From Camelus dromedarius (taxonomy: Eukaryota): a stretch of 64,000 nt of DNA. Below, piece after piece: positions 1-12,920 of this stretch; the stretch's first letter is position 1, and every line of letters starts with the position of its first letter. The DNA is taken from positions 46,686,001-46,750,000 of the forward strand of contig NC_087445.1 of the NCBI RefSeq assembly GCF_036321535.1, given 5' to 3'. Under the pieces are notes generated by a model that searched no databases, was not told the origin of the DNA, and saw only the letters and a list, made by a program, of their open reading frames with translations. Position numbers and translations under genes: made by a program.

Positions 1-1329
1 GCTGAGGACGAGGGCCTGCCGAGCAGTGGTGTAGAGGTGCTCCGTAAAGTTTTGGGTTTTTTTTTTACCAGGATGTGACCCCCAAAAGGGCCCACTGGGG
101 GTGAAAAGAGGCTGAGACAAGGTTTGCAGGTGGGAAAAACCCACCCTGAGTGGGTGACATCCGCCCCCTCAGAACCCACCCCTGCAGCTGTGGGGAGGAA
201 AAAGGAAGGGGAAAGAGGTCCTTACCACATGCTAACAGCTTGTAGTGTACGGTTAGTGGTGTGTGGAGGGTGCTGTGATGGGCCTGTGGGTCTGTCGAGA
301 GCTCTACCCAACAGCATCACCCAGCCCGCCCCAGAAAAAGAGCCCCCTGAAACATAAGAACTCATTTGTCACCTGAGATTCGTGTCTGAGGGAGAGGCAG
401 ATGTCCAGGTGTGTGTGAGTGTGCAGGTATGCACACGCATCCCCAGGTCTCTGCAATCTGTGCAAGGTGAACATCTATGACCAATGAGGGTTAAACACGG
501 AAGATTCTGTGGCCCAAAGGGTGCCTGTGATGGCTGTGGTTTTTTTCCACAGAGGGAAATGACAGGCCATCTTCAGAAGTCTTAAAGGTCATGGGGATAG
601 ATTCTACAAGTATTTCCTTTCTAAGGCTGTTTCCTAAGGTGTCCCTACAGCTGTTAACTGTCACTGCTTGATTAAAGTTTCCAACAACCCAGTCCCCTCC
701 CCCAGGCAGGCTGATAGCAAAAGGTGGTGTGTGTTGGTAACTCCCTGGGGGCCTTGGGGGCCTATGAGAGTGAGTGGGAGCGTATAGGGCAGCTGGTGGC
801 AGGGGTGGGTGGGGGCAGTCAGGGGACTTGTATCTGTGGTGTACAGGGCATGGGGGGTGGGGACAGTGTGTGAATCAGTTGCAAGAACAGGTGCAGAAAT
901 TCTATAAATGGGAGATAATGTCCCAGTTTTCAGAACCAATATTTGCAACAGGGCCTAGACGCCAGGTAAAATGCCCAAAACCAGGCTACCAGTATATCCT
1001 CAAAAAAGGAATCAACAGGCATGCTGTCCAACTCAACCCTTGAAGAGGCTTTAGAAGGGAGGGTGTCCTGGTGGAACTGGATGAGCTAAAACCCATTTCT
1101 TGCCCTGTCCTGACCTCTCCATGCTTATTACAGAGAGTGGGTTCTTAAGGCAGACAGGAGGGACCCCAGCTATGAGGGCATCAGGAAAGAATCTGGGGCC
1201 TATCTGTATAAATTTTGGTGACATCCAGCCAACATCAGGAGGTCAAGGATGTCTCTGAAAGTCAGGTTGTGTCCATCTTCATTACTTTAACCCATTGACT
1301 CCAGAAGGCCCTAATGTATGGACAGGCCA

Positions 1330-1831
1330 TGATAGGCAGAATGATGGTCTCCCGCAGATGTTCAGTCTAATCCCCAGAACCCGTGAATATGTCACTTTAC
1401 CTGACAAAGTTGTAAATGTGATTAAGTTAAGGACCTTTAGATGGTGAGATCATCCTGTTTTATCTTGGTAGGACAGTTGAATCACATGAGTCCTTGAAAG
1501 GGAGAAGCTTTCAGGGCCATGGGAAGAAAGAGGTTGGACAATGGGAGAAGGGGTAGAGAGGTGTGACGTAGGAAGGATTCCACCCGCAGGTGCTGGCTTG
1601 GAGGGTGGAGGATGGGGACGGCGAGCCAGGCACTGCAGGCAGACTCTGGAAGCTGGAAAAGGCAAGGAAACAGATTCCCACCGAGAGCCCCCAGAAAGGA
1701 ACCAGCCCTGCTCTAACTTGAGTCCATTGAGATCTGTGTCAGACTTCCTACCAATAGGACTGTAAGATAAGAAACTTGTATTTTTTAAGCCACTAAGTTT
1801 GTGGTAATTTGTTAACAGCAGCAACAGATAA
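1330..1831 (+). mobile_element. MaLR solo LTR (MLT1D-like)
   Basis: Starts TGATAGGCAGAATGATGG; MLT1 hallmarks (gtgattaagttaagg, ggaaaaggcaaggaaacagattc, aagccactaagtttgtggtaatttgtt..cagcagc). Subfamily from memory. Confidence 0.75.
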
Positions 1832-1864
1832 GTTTCCTGAACCCTGGAGGAAGCATGATGTAAT

Positions 1865-1950
1865 GGAAAGAACATGGTGTGGATAAAGAAGCCAGGCACA
1901 GTATGTGACTTCGGGCAAGTCACAGTTTCCTACCTGTAAAAGATGGGATT
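1865..1950 (+). mobile_element. MIR SINE fragment
   Basis: tgtgacttcgggcaagtcac..agtttcctacctgtaaaa..gatggg core motif. Confidence 0.5.
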
Positions 1951-2959
1951 GTCTAGATGGTATCTGACATCAGTTAAGGAAGTGATGGCTGGAGATACAG
2001 TAGGTGTCAATTTTAGCAAAAACATTGCTTAAAAGTCTGTTGAATTAGCTTCAGAGTCGGGAGGGAGAACCGCAGCCATCTGACAGCGCTATTTAAGAGG
2101 ATTTGCAGCTCTTTGATCACTGAAGCCAGAATGCCAGTAGGTCTCCAGTGACTGCCCCAGGCCTCTGCTTGGTCCTGTCTTGAATGGTGACACAGAGAGC
2201 ACATCACATATGCCGACAGTACAGAGCTCTAAGAAAAAGCAAATGTACCGAAAGGCAAACTCATGATTCAGACTTTTCAGCTGAGCAACATGACAGCTCC
2301 AACCACAGAATGAAATGCAATAAAGATAAATAATAACAACTAGCACTTATTGACAAATAAAATTGGGGGCTCAAAAAATAAATTATGTTAGCATAGGATG
2401 GAGGCAGTCCTGACTTAATACCTTACGTATACATGTTTGAGGGAGAGGCAGTTAGTAAGCATTTTGGAGCTTGAAGGAATCTTAGTGAGCTCAAGCCACT
2501 TATTTTACAGGTTAGGAAACTGCACTCAGTAGGCTGTAAATTCATTATGAACTAACCCGGTGACTAGGAGGGCTGGTGACAAAAGGCTGTCCTATAGGAC
2601 CACAGCTCTTTTACCAAATATGCCAAACATTGTGCCGGCCATCACTCCTGCTGATTAAGCCACCCTACACCCCAACAATTGTGTTATGTGACCCCCCCAA
2701 CCCCTCTGACCTCAGCTGAGTGAGATAACTATGTGGGCAATGGACTCAGGGCTGGCCAGTCCAGAGAACAGCCAGTGGCCTCTGGGGTGGCCTGGCTTGG
2801 AAATCTGGGAGGATGTGAGCTTATCACATTTTCATTCTCAGGAATTTAAATGGGAAAACCTGGAGATGAGCCCCTGAGGTAGCAGTTGGAGCCGAAGGTG
2901 GAAGGAGGCAGAGGGAAAGTCTGTGGGGTGCACAGAGTGGAGTCCTCCGTCCTCAGCAG

Positions 2960-3310
2960 TTGTGCCTGGCTCCTCTTCCCTCCCACACTTAGAGCAGAGC
3001 GATTATCCTGGCAGGGGTAATCCAGCCTGATTATCAGGAGGAGATAGGGTTGCTGCTACCTAATGGGAGCAGGAGGAACAGATCTGCCTGCAGGAGATTT
3101 GTCAGTGCTTCTTGGTCCTCCGTGCCCAGTGATATATTATCCTCCAGTGGGCAGTGGCGGCCACCACAGCCTGAAAAGGTCACAATCATCAGGGCTCAGA
3201 CCCCCTGGAAATGAAGGCCTGGGTTACCCACCAGACAAGCCACCTAGACCAGCATCAGGTGCTGCTTGAGAGCGAGGGGAATCTAGAATGGATGCAGAGG
3301 AGGAAGAGGA
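2960..3310 (+). mobile_element. ERV-L internal remnant (dUTPase-like region and downstream pol-end sequence)
   Basis: 3002-3073 translates IILAGVIQPDYQEEIGLLLPNGSR, matching the ERV-L dUTPase motif (LAGVIDPDYQGEIGLLLHNGG); followed after frameshifts by AGDLSVLLGPPCPVI and MKAWVT/DKPPRP/EGNLEW blocks also typical of ERV-L. Confidence 0.7.
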
Positions 3311-3974
3311 AGAATCTCAGCTGCAGCCTTAGCACTTTTCCTTCTTCTTCCTCCTCCACTTGTAAGAAATTGTGACCTTGAAAAAGCAGGCCCTTAAGGA
3401 AGGGCCTGAGTGGATCGGAGGGGTGCATGGACAGGCACTTGGCGCCTCTGCCATCCCTGTTCCCCAGGCCTTTCCACTTGGTGCACATCACCCTGGCTTC
3501 CAGCTGCCAGCATCTTTGCAGCTTTTCTTTGGCAGGCAGTGAGAAAGTGCTGGAAGTCAATGCCTCCCCCAGAGCAGTTCTCAACTGGTAGGAACTATTA
3601 TGCACCCTAGCATCCTCATCCTGGGGGTTGACTCTGGTGGCACACGGTCTACACTGGCTCTCAAAGTTCCCCAAAGGCTTTGATCCCCAGTTTTCTACCA
3701 TGGACATAGAGTGGTATCTCGTTACTACTTTAAATTGCATGTCCCTGACTCCTAGTGAGTTTGAACGTACTTTCATGTTTGTCAGCCAGTTGGATTTACT
3801 CTTCTGCTGGTGTTAGATGCTTCATATGTATTTTTTCTCCCCCACCCCCAAAATGTTATTTTGAAATATTTCAAGCCTAAAGGAAAGGTGAAAGAATAAT
3901 ACAATGCATACTTATAGGTCCTTCATCTAATATGTTGGTCAAGGCTCAAACTGCTCTCACCAAATAAAAGAGAT

Positions 3975-4106
3975 GACAATTATGCGACATGATGGAGGTG
4001 TTAGCTAACCATGGTGGTAAACAAACTGCAGTATATAATGTATCAAATCAACACATTATACACTTTATACTTACACATGTTATATGTCAATTATATCAAT
4101 AAAAAG
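3975..4106 (+). mobile_element. L1 (L1MA/MB-type) 3' end fragment
   Basis: gatggaggtgttagctaa..atcaaatcaacacattatacac..gtcaattatatcaataaaaa terminus. Confidence 0.6.
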
Positions 4107-4239
4107 GGCTCAGAGAAGCAGATGGTTAGGATATGCATATACGTACACACATTTTTTTTTCCATTAAGAGATTTGTTGCAGAAAATTGCTCTTATCCAAT
4201 TAATGCAATTATAAGAGCTAGTTAAACAGTCTGTGAAAT

Positions 4240-4530
4240 GCTGTTGTCTTTGCTTCTGATGCTGGAGCTTGGAGTCTGCAGGGCAGGCAGCTGGGGAGGC
4301 AAGGCGTGTGGAAAGTGGGAGAGCAGGGATAATCCAGAACCCATGAGGACAGCCTGGAACCGGAGTCAGTCTCTTGCTGCCTCCAGCTTTGACGATATGA
4401 ATGCCCTGCAAGAGAAGCTGTGTTCTCCCCACCAGGCGCCACTGCTCTGGAACATAAGCCGGGCTGGTAAACAGTCTTAGCCCAGAATCAGCTCTCAGTA
4501 AGGACAGCCACATGTTCCAGGAGCATTGCT
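4240..4530. mobile_element. Probable old ERVL-class LTR fragment (LTR33/LTR16-like)
   Basis: General resemblance only (gatgctggagcttggagtc..gaacccatgaggacagcctggaacc). Confidence 0.35.
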
Positions 4531-4559
4531 TATTATGTCATCCTTACTTTTCCCAGTGG

Positions 4560-7500
4560 GTTGAATGCTAATGTTCTTATATATACAAACACCTAGTTTG
4601 GGATTCCTGTTTTATTCCACTGATCGATTTTTTTCCCCTTTTACCTACTGATTTGATTAAGTGGCCTTACAGCATATTCTGATATTTGGTAAGGCAAATT
4701 TCTCTGTTTCTTTTTAAAAAAATTTGTCCTTGACTATTCTTTGAGATACAAATTGGAATTATCTTAACATTATACTTTAATTTGGGGAGAACTGACTTTT
4801 TTTTCTGATATTTTATCTTCCTGTGTAAGGAGATGGTTGATCTTCTGTTTGTCCCAATCTTGCTTTGTATCTTTTAATTACATTATATAACCTTCTTCAT
4901 AAAAGTACAGTACTATGTGTTTCTTGATTAAGTCTACATATTATAAAGCTTCCAGTTATAAAATAATTAAGTCACAAGGATGTGATTACAGTGTGGTGAC
5001 TATAGATAATACTGTATTGTATACTTAAAAGTTACTAAGAGAGTAGATCTTAAAAGTTCTCATCACAAGAAAAAAAATCGTTAACTGTGTGCAATGATGG
5101 ATGTTAACTAGAAGTATGGAGGTGATCATTTTGCAATATATACAAATATCAAATCATTATATTGTACCCCTGAAACTTATATAAGGGTATACGTCAATTA
5201 TATCTCAATTTTTTAAAAATTACATACTGTATCATAGTGGCTACAAGAGTAGTCTCAGTGCTAGCTGCCAAGTAGCAAATCCCAACTCTTAACACATTAC
5301 CAGCTAGTGATCTGGGGTAAATCACTTATTCTCTCTGTTCCTCAGTGTTCTTTTCTGTAAAATAAGAATGATAATAGTAATCTATCTCAAGAGGGTGTTG
5401 TGAGGATTGAGTTAATACAAAGTGCTTAAAATAGTACATGGCATTATGGTGACTATAATTGTTATTATCCTAAGGATTTTATAATTTTATAACTGTAAAT
5501 TGAGTATTTCTGCCATTTTCAATTTGAGATGCTTATTGCTAGTGGGAAAAAAGCAGTTTATTTTTGTTATATCTATCTTGTATCCAGTCAACTTTCCAAA
5601 CCGTATTGTCTTTGTACTAGGTTTTTTTTTTAACTAGAGGCTTGAATTTTCTAATATAGTCATATCAGCAAAAAAAAATTAGATACTTTTATAATGTTTC
5701 AGATAATCATAACAATTCATACTCTTATCTTACCACATTTGGTAAAACTTCCAAGATATGTTAAATAATAGGATAATAGCAGGCATCTCTGTCTACATTT
5801 TTATTTTCATGAAGTGGTTTTAGTGTTTCACCATTGAGAGCAGTATTTGCTGTTAGGTTGGGTGAAAAGTCTTCATTATATTTAAGCAGTTTTTTTTTTC
5901 TTTTTTACTTAGCATTTTTACTAAGAATGATATTAAGTTATGCTGGTTGTATATATTAAATATGGGATCCTTTCTTCTTTTTCTATAGTCTCGACTAGTT
6001 TAAATGGCATGGAAATTACTCTTATTTAAGGTTAGATACAGCTCAGCTGTGGCACCATTTGAACACAGTCTTTTCCAAAAGTCGATCTCTAATCACTTTT
6101 CTATTCTAGTTTTTTCTAAGATAAGTTGGGCTATACAAACTTTCCTCTTTCTTTTGGGTCAATTTTTGTAATTTATATTTTTTCTGAAATGTATGTATTT
6201 CCTCTAAATTTTCAAATTAATTGCCAAGGAATTTTAAGTTGCACTTTTTTACACTTTTTCAATTCTCTTTTCTATCTGTAATTTTGTTTTCTTTCTCATG
6301 ACTAATCTTTTCTATTTCTATTCTCTTTTTTCCTCCTTACTTGGGCTTACAAGAAGTTCTTCTGTTTCATTAGCCCTTTTAAATGTTTTTTAAAAATGTA
6401 TACTTTTTAGTGTTTTTGTTTGTTTTCCATTACATTCATGTCAGCTTCTATTTTCTGATTACTTTTGGTTTGTTTTCTTGTTCTTTTTATAATTTTTTGA
6501 AATAAGTACACCCTTTATTTTTCCTCCTTTTTTTAATGCTTGCTATCTTTATGGTATTTCAGGGATACAATATCTGATACAGGGTAATTCAGAAGGTTTC
6601 TGTTATTACACTGTTATTTCATTCAGCATTTAAATTTTGTGAACACAGTCATTTTGTCCTTTTTTAAAGCCAGCTTTACTGTATTGCGATTTACATATAT
6701 TAATTTTTTTCATACATTATATTTTATCAGTTTTAAGTGCAATCCCATGAGTTTTGCCAGACGTACTTAGTCATGTAACCACCACCACAGTCCAGATCAG
6801 AAGATTCCCATCACCCCAAAAGTTCTTTCCTACCCTTTGTAAGCCATCCTCACACCGATTTCAGTCTGAAACTTAAATTCCCCTTGTTGGATATCGGCAT
6901 TACCACTGCTTTTTGTTTATCTGCCTAGTATCCCCTTCCCACATCTTTATTCTGAAAGTTGCTTTATCATTTTTCTTTGTGTGTTTCTTTTAAATAATAT
7001 GGACCAGAATTTGATTTATAACAGTCTGACAGCCTTTTAATGGCAGGATTCAGTCCACTCAGTTACTGTAATGAGTGATGTGTTCATTATTGCCATCTTA
7101 CTTGTTTCTAAACGTCTTAACGTTATTGTGAACTCCTCTTTGCCTTTGCTGGATTGACTGAATGGCTGTCCATCCTGTTTCCCACCTTGTTAATTCAGGG
7201 TTTATCATTCTATTAAGAGTGACCATCCCTTGCCCTGCTCTTCTCACATGGCTCTTCAAGTGAGTGAAAACAGAACAACTATTTCCATCACACTCCATTA
7301 TCTTCAACCTCCTCCACACCCCAATAAGACCTGGTCTTTAGATGACTTTCACTCCCCCTCCCCTATCACCCCCCCACTCCTTCCCCCTTAGATCCTGGAA
7401 GACTTACCTTCCCCTTATCCCCACCACCTGATTCCAGAGTTTTAGTAAGATAATTTAGTCCTCATCAGAACTTCCCTCACAGTGTGTTTCATCTGTTCCA

Positions 7501-8520
7501 AGAGTCCTTATTTAGCATTTATATTACACGTTATAGATACACAGAGATTTAGATATAAATATAAAGATCATGGTTCGTTGCTCCCCACTGCTTTCTTTCC
7601 TCTTCTCTTCATCTTCCCCTATCTTGAAGTCTCTGTTCTGATTCATTTGTTGTTTCATTAGTCTGTTTTCAAAAGTATTTCTTAGATGAGATACTGATTT
7701 TTGCAAATCTTCAAATGTCTGTCTTTCTTCTTTGGCTGGTTCTGGGTTGCAGGCCTTTTCTTTCATTAACTCACATTCAGTTTTCCTGTCTTTTAACTTC
7801 CAGGGTAGCGGATAAGAAGAAACTATCTTTCTGCCTGAAAACGTGTAAGATTTCCCATATCCGTAGAGCTTAGGAATTTTAACCTGTATGTGGCTAAGTG
7901 CATTGTTTTTTTCCTTTTAGTTTTATTGAGATATAATTGACATGCAGGACTGTATATGTTTAAGGTGTACAGCATAATGGATTTGACTTACATACATCAT
8001 GAAATGATTATTACAATAAGTTTAGTGACCATCCATCATCTTGTATGGATACAAAATTTTAAAAATTAAAAAAAAATTTTTTCTTGTGATGAGAACTCAG
8101 GATTTAGTCTAGCTTTCATATATAACATATATGAAACATATAGCTGTGCTAATTACATTTATCATGTTGCACATTATATCCCTAGTACTTATTTATCTTA
8201 TTTGTGCCTTTTGACTGCCTTCAGAAGTGTGTGTCTCTTTCTGTCAATCCAGTCTGTAACTTAAGTCTTTCTTCAGCTCATGGAAATTTCATCTATTATT
8301 TAATTATGACCTTTCCTCTCCTGTTCATTTTTCACCAGGAACTCATACAATTTGCAGTAAATCTCATGGGTCTGTTCCAGTTTCCCATCTTTCACCACAT
8401 GATTTGCATCTGCATATTTTTGTTACATGTTTTGAGATATTTCACCTATTTGATTTTCTAGACCTATTTTTGAGTTTTAGTAGTGACTGTCCTCTCCTCT
8501 GATTTATCTATGGACATTTT
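4560..8520 (-). mobile_element. Degraded ancient L1 (antisense, T-rich) with nested younger insertions
   Basis: Long T-rich tract with L1M antisense motifs; nested L1MA 3' end (+) about 4975-5218, MIR (+) about 5230-5445, L1MB 3' end (-) about 6655-6850, L1MA 3' end (-) about 7915-8202. Boundaries approximate. Confidence 0.6.
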
Positions 8521-9071
8521 TAGTTCTAATATCACATTTTCAGGTTCAGGGAAATCTGTGTTTGAGTTTCACAGATATCTCCCCCAGGCTCTCATTTTTT
8601 CAGAGGTTCTATTTCCTCCAGCAGGTCTCTCTGCCCTCTGATTTTTCTGTATTCTCCCCGCCTCAAGGGAGTATCCACCATTAGTATTTTGGAGAGTCAG
8701 GGAGACTCAGCAAAGCCATTGATTGTTCTTGGGAAGCAGGCTGTTTCTGGGACTTGCTGCCTTCCTGAAGGTCCTTGCCCTTGGCTCTAGGGCTGTTTTC
8801 CAAAACTTGTCTGCAGGGAATTCTCTCAGCCAGGAATTCAACTGAGCCCACTTAAAGTTCATCACCTACAGCTGGGCATTGTCAGGGTTGTGGAAGCTTC
8901 AGTAGAGTTGCCACATGCCCAGGATCCCCTCGCTCTGAGTAGTCTCAATATTACTGACAGATACAGTGATATTCAACAAAAGACTTAAAAACAGAAGCCA
9001 TTAATCCTAGGTGCCTCTAGTGTAGCAATGAGGTGGTGGGATAGCCTTTTACTTTGTTTTCCCCTCTCTAT

Positions 9072-9286
9072 TAGGAGTTCTCAACTTTGGCACCCTTAAC
9101 TTTTCAGGCCAGAAATTCTTTGTTGCGAGTGGCTAATCTGTGCATTGTAGGATGTTCAGCGGCATCCCTGATGTCTATGCACTGTAGACCAAGAGCACTC
9201 CCTCTCCAGCTGTGACAACCAGAAATGTCTCCGGATATTGCCAGATGTTCCCAGGGGGCAAGGTCACTTCTGGTTGAGAACCACTG
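9072..9286. mobile_element. MER20 (hAT-Charlie MITE)
   Basis: Terminal inverted repeats AGGAGTTCTCAAC / GTTGAGAACCACTG; internal tgcattgtaggatgttcagcggcatccc and gtgacaaccagaaatgtctcc. Confidence 0.85.
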
Positions 9287-9489
9287 TTGTATACCCTTCA
9301 GTTCTATTGTTTTTTTTACCATGTGTTCAACTATTCCTATAATTAAACATTTAACTGAGATCATAGGACAGAGGAGGAAATATAAAGTTGTTTTGAGGAA
9401 GCAGAAACATGCAGTAGAGAATATACAGTAAGGGATGGGGAAGTAAGTAAGCAAAGTGGGAAGAAATCTGGGACTAAAAGAGGCAGAGA

Positions 9490-9735
9490 CAGAGTATCTG
9501 TCACAGGACTGGAGGAGGAGTGTGAAGACCCGCATCCTTCTGTCACCAAGGTCCCCAGCAATGCTGAGATCTGAGATCCAATAACAGTCTACACAGGCCC
9601 AGTCAGATCATAGCCGCTGTTCTGGGATTCCCATTCCATCCAGCCTTCTAATTACTCCAGGTGTCCTTACAATAAACACTCCTTCACTTAAGCTAGGCTA
9701 AATGAGTGTATTCCTTATAAACAAAGGCCCTGCAG
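9490..9735 (+). mobile_element. Probable LTR16-like LTR 3' part
   Basis: aataaacactccttcacttaagctagg..gtgtattccttataaac resembles the polyA/U5 end of old ERVL LTRs. Confidence 0.4.
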
Positions 9736-10039
9736 GCTTAGTGTCCAATAAAGAGATGTGCCCCTACAGTTTCATGTCAGCTTTTATATTCATTTTGTAG
9801 CACCACGCTTTGAGATACTCTAGTCAAGAGAAAGAAACAATGGGAAGGATGAGTAGGCTGCAAACTAGGTCTGTAAAAACCAAAAAACAAAACTGTAAAA
9901 GGAACTTTAGAAAGCTTTTCCTGGGAAGAAAAAAAATAAAAAGCCTTAGCCCATTCATCAGGGCTGGCTCCCAGTTCCTCCAGGGCTGTAATATACAGGA
10001 CAGAGAAGGCTGTATGATTGTAGCTCAGGAGACAGAACT

Positions 10040-10160
10040 GGTGACAAAAGTAACAAGGAGGCAGATTTTGGCTCCAAAAAAAAAGTTCTATCAATAAGAA
10101 AGATTGGAAATGAGGGTTTGGTAAGGTAGTGAGCTCCCTATCTCTGGGAGTGTTTAAGAA
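10040..10160 (+). mobile_element. CR1/L3 LINE 3' fragment
   Basis: aggtagtgagctccctatctctgggagtgtttaag is the typical L3/CR1 3' motif. Confidence 0.45.
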
Positions 10161-10429
10161 GCTCATAGGGTGCTTCCTGCAGTGGATATGATAAATTTGG
10201 GTCAGATCTTTCAGCCTCCTTCCAGCTATGTAATTCTAGAAATGTAAAAGGCTGGCAAGAGACTAACTCACACAGTAAGCAGAAATATCTTAGCGTCAAA
10301 TGGCATGATAGCACATTTAAGTCAGTCAGAGGAGGCTGGCTAGTGGAGCAGTTGAGCAATAAGAGCTTAGAGGTTTAGCATCTTCAGCTGGCCCTGTTCA
10401 GCTGGTCTTTCCCCACAGAATTAGTCAGA

Positions 10430-10620
10430 ATTCGTGGTTGCAAGAGAGAGGAAATCTAACTTAGTCTGACTTAAGGAAAAAAAGTAAATTCATTAGCTCA
10501 CATAACCAAAAAGTTCAGGATCTAGCTCTGAGCATGGCTGGATCCAAGGTTTCAAATGAAGTCATTAAGACTTGATTTCTCCTCATATGCCAGCTTTGTT
10601 TCCCTCCTTTGTAAGGAAAG
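10430..10620 (-). mobile_element. MLT1J/K-like LTR fragment (antisense)
   Basis: gttgcaag..gacttaagg..attagctcacataaccaaaaagttcagg..gcatggctggatccaaggtttcaaa. Confidence 0.55.
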
Positions 10621-11269
10621 CCACTTTGGAAGTTTAGATTCATCTTGACAGGGTGCAGATCAAGGCCAACATCGGAGGGGCCTTGGCTGAATGGCTTCCA
10701 AGGTGGGCTCCCTCCCTACCTGTAATTCCTTAAGAATTTCTATTACTGAACCTTCAACCGTTTCAAAGACTCTTATGCTTTGGGTGTGGGGCTTATTCCT
10801 ATGCTTCCAGCTCAGATCTCATGAAGAGGGGAAAAGCTGGGGCCCCAGAAGGCCCTAGTGGCTTCCCCTAAGGATTAGCCCCTGGGAACTTGCCAGCGAC
10901 AGGACCTTCCTTCTGGCTGGAAACAGACACCAGTGAGGGGAGTGGGGCCGCTAAGGAAAGCACCTGGAGCTGTGGAAGGAGAACTACCAGGTATTTGGTG
11001 AGATGAATTGACCAACTAGCGCTATATGGCAAGGGAGACCCTTGGAAGGTGTCTGAGGTAGATCTGGCTGCCCCGGCTTATTTCCTAGACGTAGGGATCA
11101 ATTAGTAAGTTGCCACCGTCCTGGCGTTCAGTCCTGAGAACCTAGGCTACGGCACAAGCCTCGGTGATGGAGGTAAGAAGGTAAGAAAAATTAAAGGGTT
11201 GTAGGGGAGAAAGAAGGCAGAGGATCCAGGCTTTGGGAACAGTAAGGAAAACAAAGTTAAATCGCACCC

Positions 11270-11720
11270 AGCCTCAGAGTCCGCTACGTTCTGCGAACTT
11301 GGTAAGCGACAGCTCTCAAAGCCCCTGGGCCAGAGGTCCACGAGTTCCCAGGAAAGACTCTGGGGCGGCCCCGCCCTTTCAGGACTACATCTCCCGGCGT
11401 GCTGTGGGATGGACAGAATTACGCCTGCGCAGAGGTGGTGATGAGACCGCGTTGCGCCAGGTGGGGGCGCTCGGGCCTTGGTCCTGAGCGAGCGGAGGCA
11501 GCGGGTCAGATTATCCCGGTCGAGAGAGGGGTTCTGAAAGCGTTTGAGACCGCGGCTGCGGTTCCCTGTTCATCCTAGGAGGTTTGCAGGACCCCAGCTC
11601 CTGCTTCTTCCAGGGTCAGGGTCTCACGCCTCTCAGGCGGCGGACACATTGAGCCGCCTTCAGCACAGCAGCTCTCGGAACGCCACATCCCGCTGCCAGT
11701 GGTTCTGCGCATCCGGTGCC
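11270..11720. promoter_or_regulatory. CpG-rich promoter-like element with ZNF143/Staf site and GC boxes
   Basis: Local CpG enrichment; ACTACATCTCCCGGCGTGC at 11384-11402 (SBS-type, ACTACAnnTCCCAnnnTGC with one A>G); GGGGCGG/CCCGCCC at about 11362-11376. Confidence 0.65.
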
Positions 11721-12364
11721 CAACCCCCAAAGCCACCCTCCCTCCCACACAGCCCTTGCTGCCTTCCTTTAATTGCGACTGGGGCATTTTCTGGGGAGGC
11801 CCAGGTTGGGGTCCTCAGAGGGCCAGGAAGCCTGGGGCATTTGGATTATTGTGTGTGTGTAGAGGCGGGTCCCTGTTCTCACTGGGACCACTGGGCTGGT
11901 CTGAGGCGCAAGGCTCCCTACTCAGTGGTTTTCTCTGAGATTCTAGGTGGGAAGGAGGGAAGTTGGAAGTAAAAGCCACAGCTTCCCCTTTCTTCTGCTC
12001 AAACCTCAGAAAGGTCTGTCAAGAGGTCTACAGAGGCTGTAGGGGGAAATGGCCCAGACCTCAGGTTGTGGGGGTGGCCCTGAGGAATGTAGGTCAGAGG
12101 CTGCGGAGCTTGCAAACCCCGGTGATGGGAGTGAGGTGGCTCTGTGTGTACATCGTGGGGATCTTCTAGCAGCAGCTGGGTCCCGGCCCCCACCTCTAGC
12201 TTCCACCCCTGCAGCATGGATGCTGTGGCCCCTCTTGGCCCCTCTTTCCCAGGTAGCTGTCCCCAGACTGCTCTGTGCAAAGAGCAGAGTTCACACCCCC
12301 ACCATGTGGGGCCCATTGTAGGTGTGCAGCTCTCTATGTAAAATCAAAACACTTTTTCAGAAGT

Positions 12365-12370
12365 TTTATT
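12365..12370 (-). terminator. SIT1: SIT1 polyadenylation signal AATAAA
   Basis: tttatt on + strand about 550 nt past the stop codon. Confidence 0.65.
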
Positions 12371-12920
12371 TAAAAATTTAGGGACATGACAGAGGCAGCA
12401 GGATGGAGACCGGTATTCTGCCAGGGTCCTCAGATCAGAAGCCAGGCTTGGGTTCCTCAGGTCACTGAGTTCCCAGACCCCTCCAGCCTGTGGGCTCCTG
12501 AGGAGGATACCCATCTGTGTCTTCTTACCCCCTCCCCTCCCCCACTTCCTGTGTCTGATGAGACACTGAGGTTTAAGGGTTAGACTATGAGGGAGTCAGA
12601 GTGGGGAGGATCTGGTTAACTCTGGAAGAAGGAGCGAGAACCTGGGAGGAATAGATATAGGAAAAAAAAGAGAGAGGTGGGGAGGGGGCCACTGCATTTG
12701 CCTCCTCCATCCTCAAGAAACTGAGGGCCTGCCGTACCTCTGAGATGTCTCCCTCACAGCTCAGATGGGAAGTTCGAGGAACATCACCCCTGAGACTGAG
12801 CAATGGCTGCCTGTTTTTAGAGGATGGTTAGGAAAGGTCACACCCCGGAGAGCATAGCAGTAACTTCTACAACAGAGGAGACGGGGCAAATGCATGCCCC
12901 ACTGTGCCAGGCTCTCCATC

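Noticed and set aside
1-1320. Possible retroviral internal sequence; ORFs 124-357, 661-948, 774-1043
   Set aside because: No gag/pol motif I can name with confidence; ORFs are short and unrecognisable. Left unannotated.
3001-3022. Imperfect inverted repeat GATTATCC...GGGTAATC
   Set aside because: Falls within the ERV-L dUTPase codons; short and probably incidental.
3255-3776. 173-aa minus-strand ORF as a novel gene or retrocopy
   Set aside because: No recognisable domain, overlaps the ERV-L remnant antisense, no promoter or splice support.
1-11000. CD72 coding exons (expected neighbour by synteny)
   Set aside because: No C-type lectin or ITIM exon found; the gene body probably lies left of the window.
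11438-11487. C box (GTGATGA) and D box (CTGA) suggesting a snoRNA
   Set aside because: Only 50 nt, no terminal stem, no host intron.
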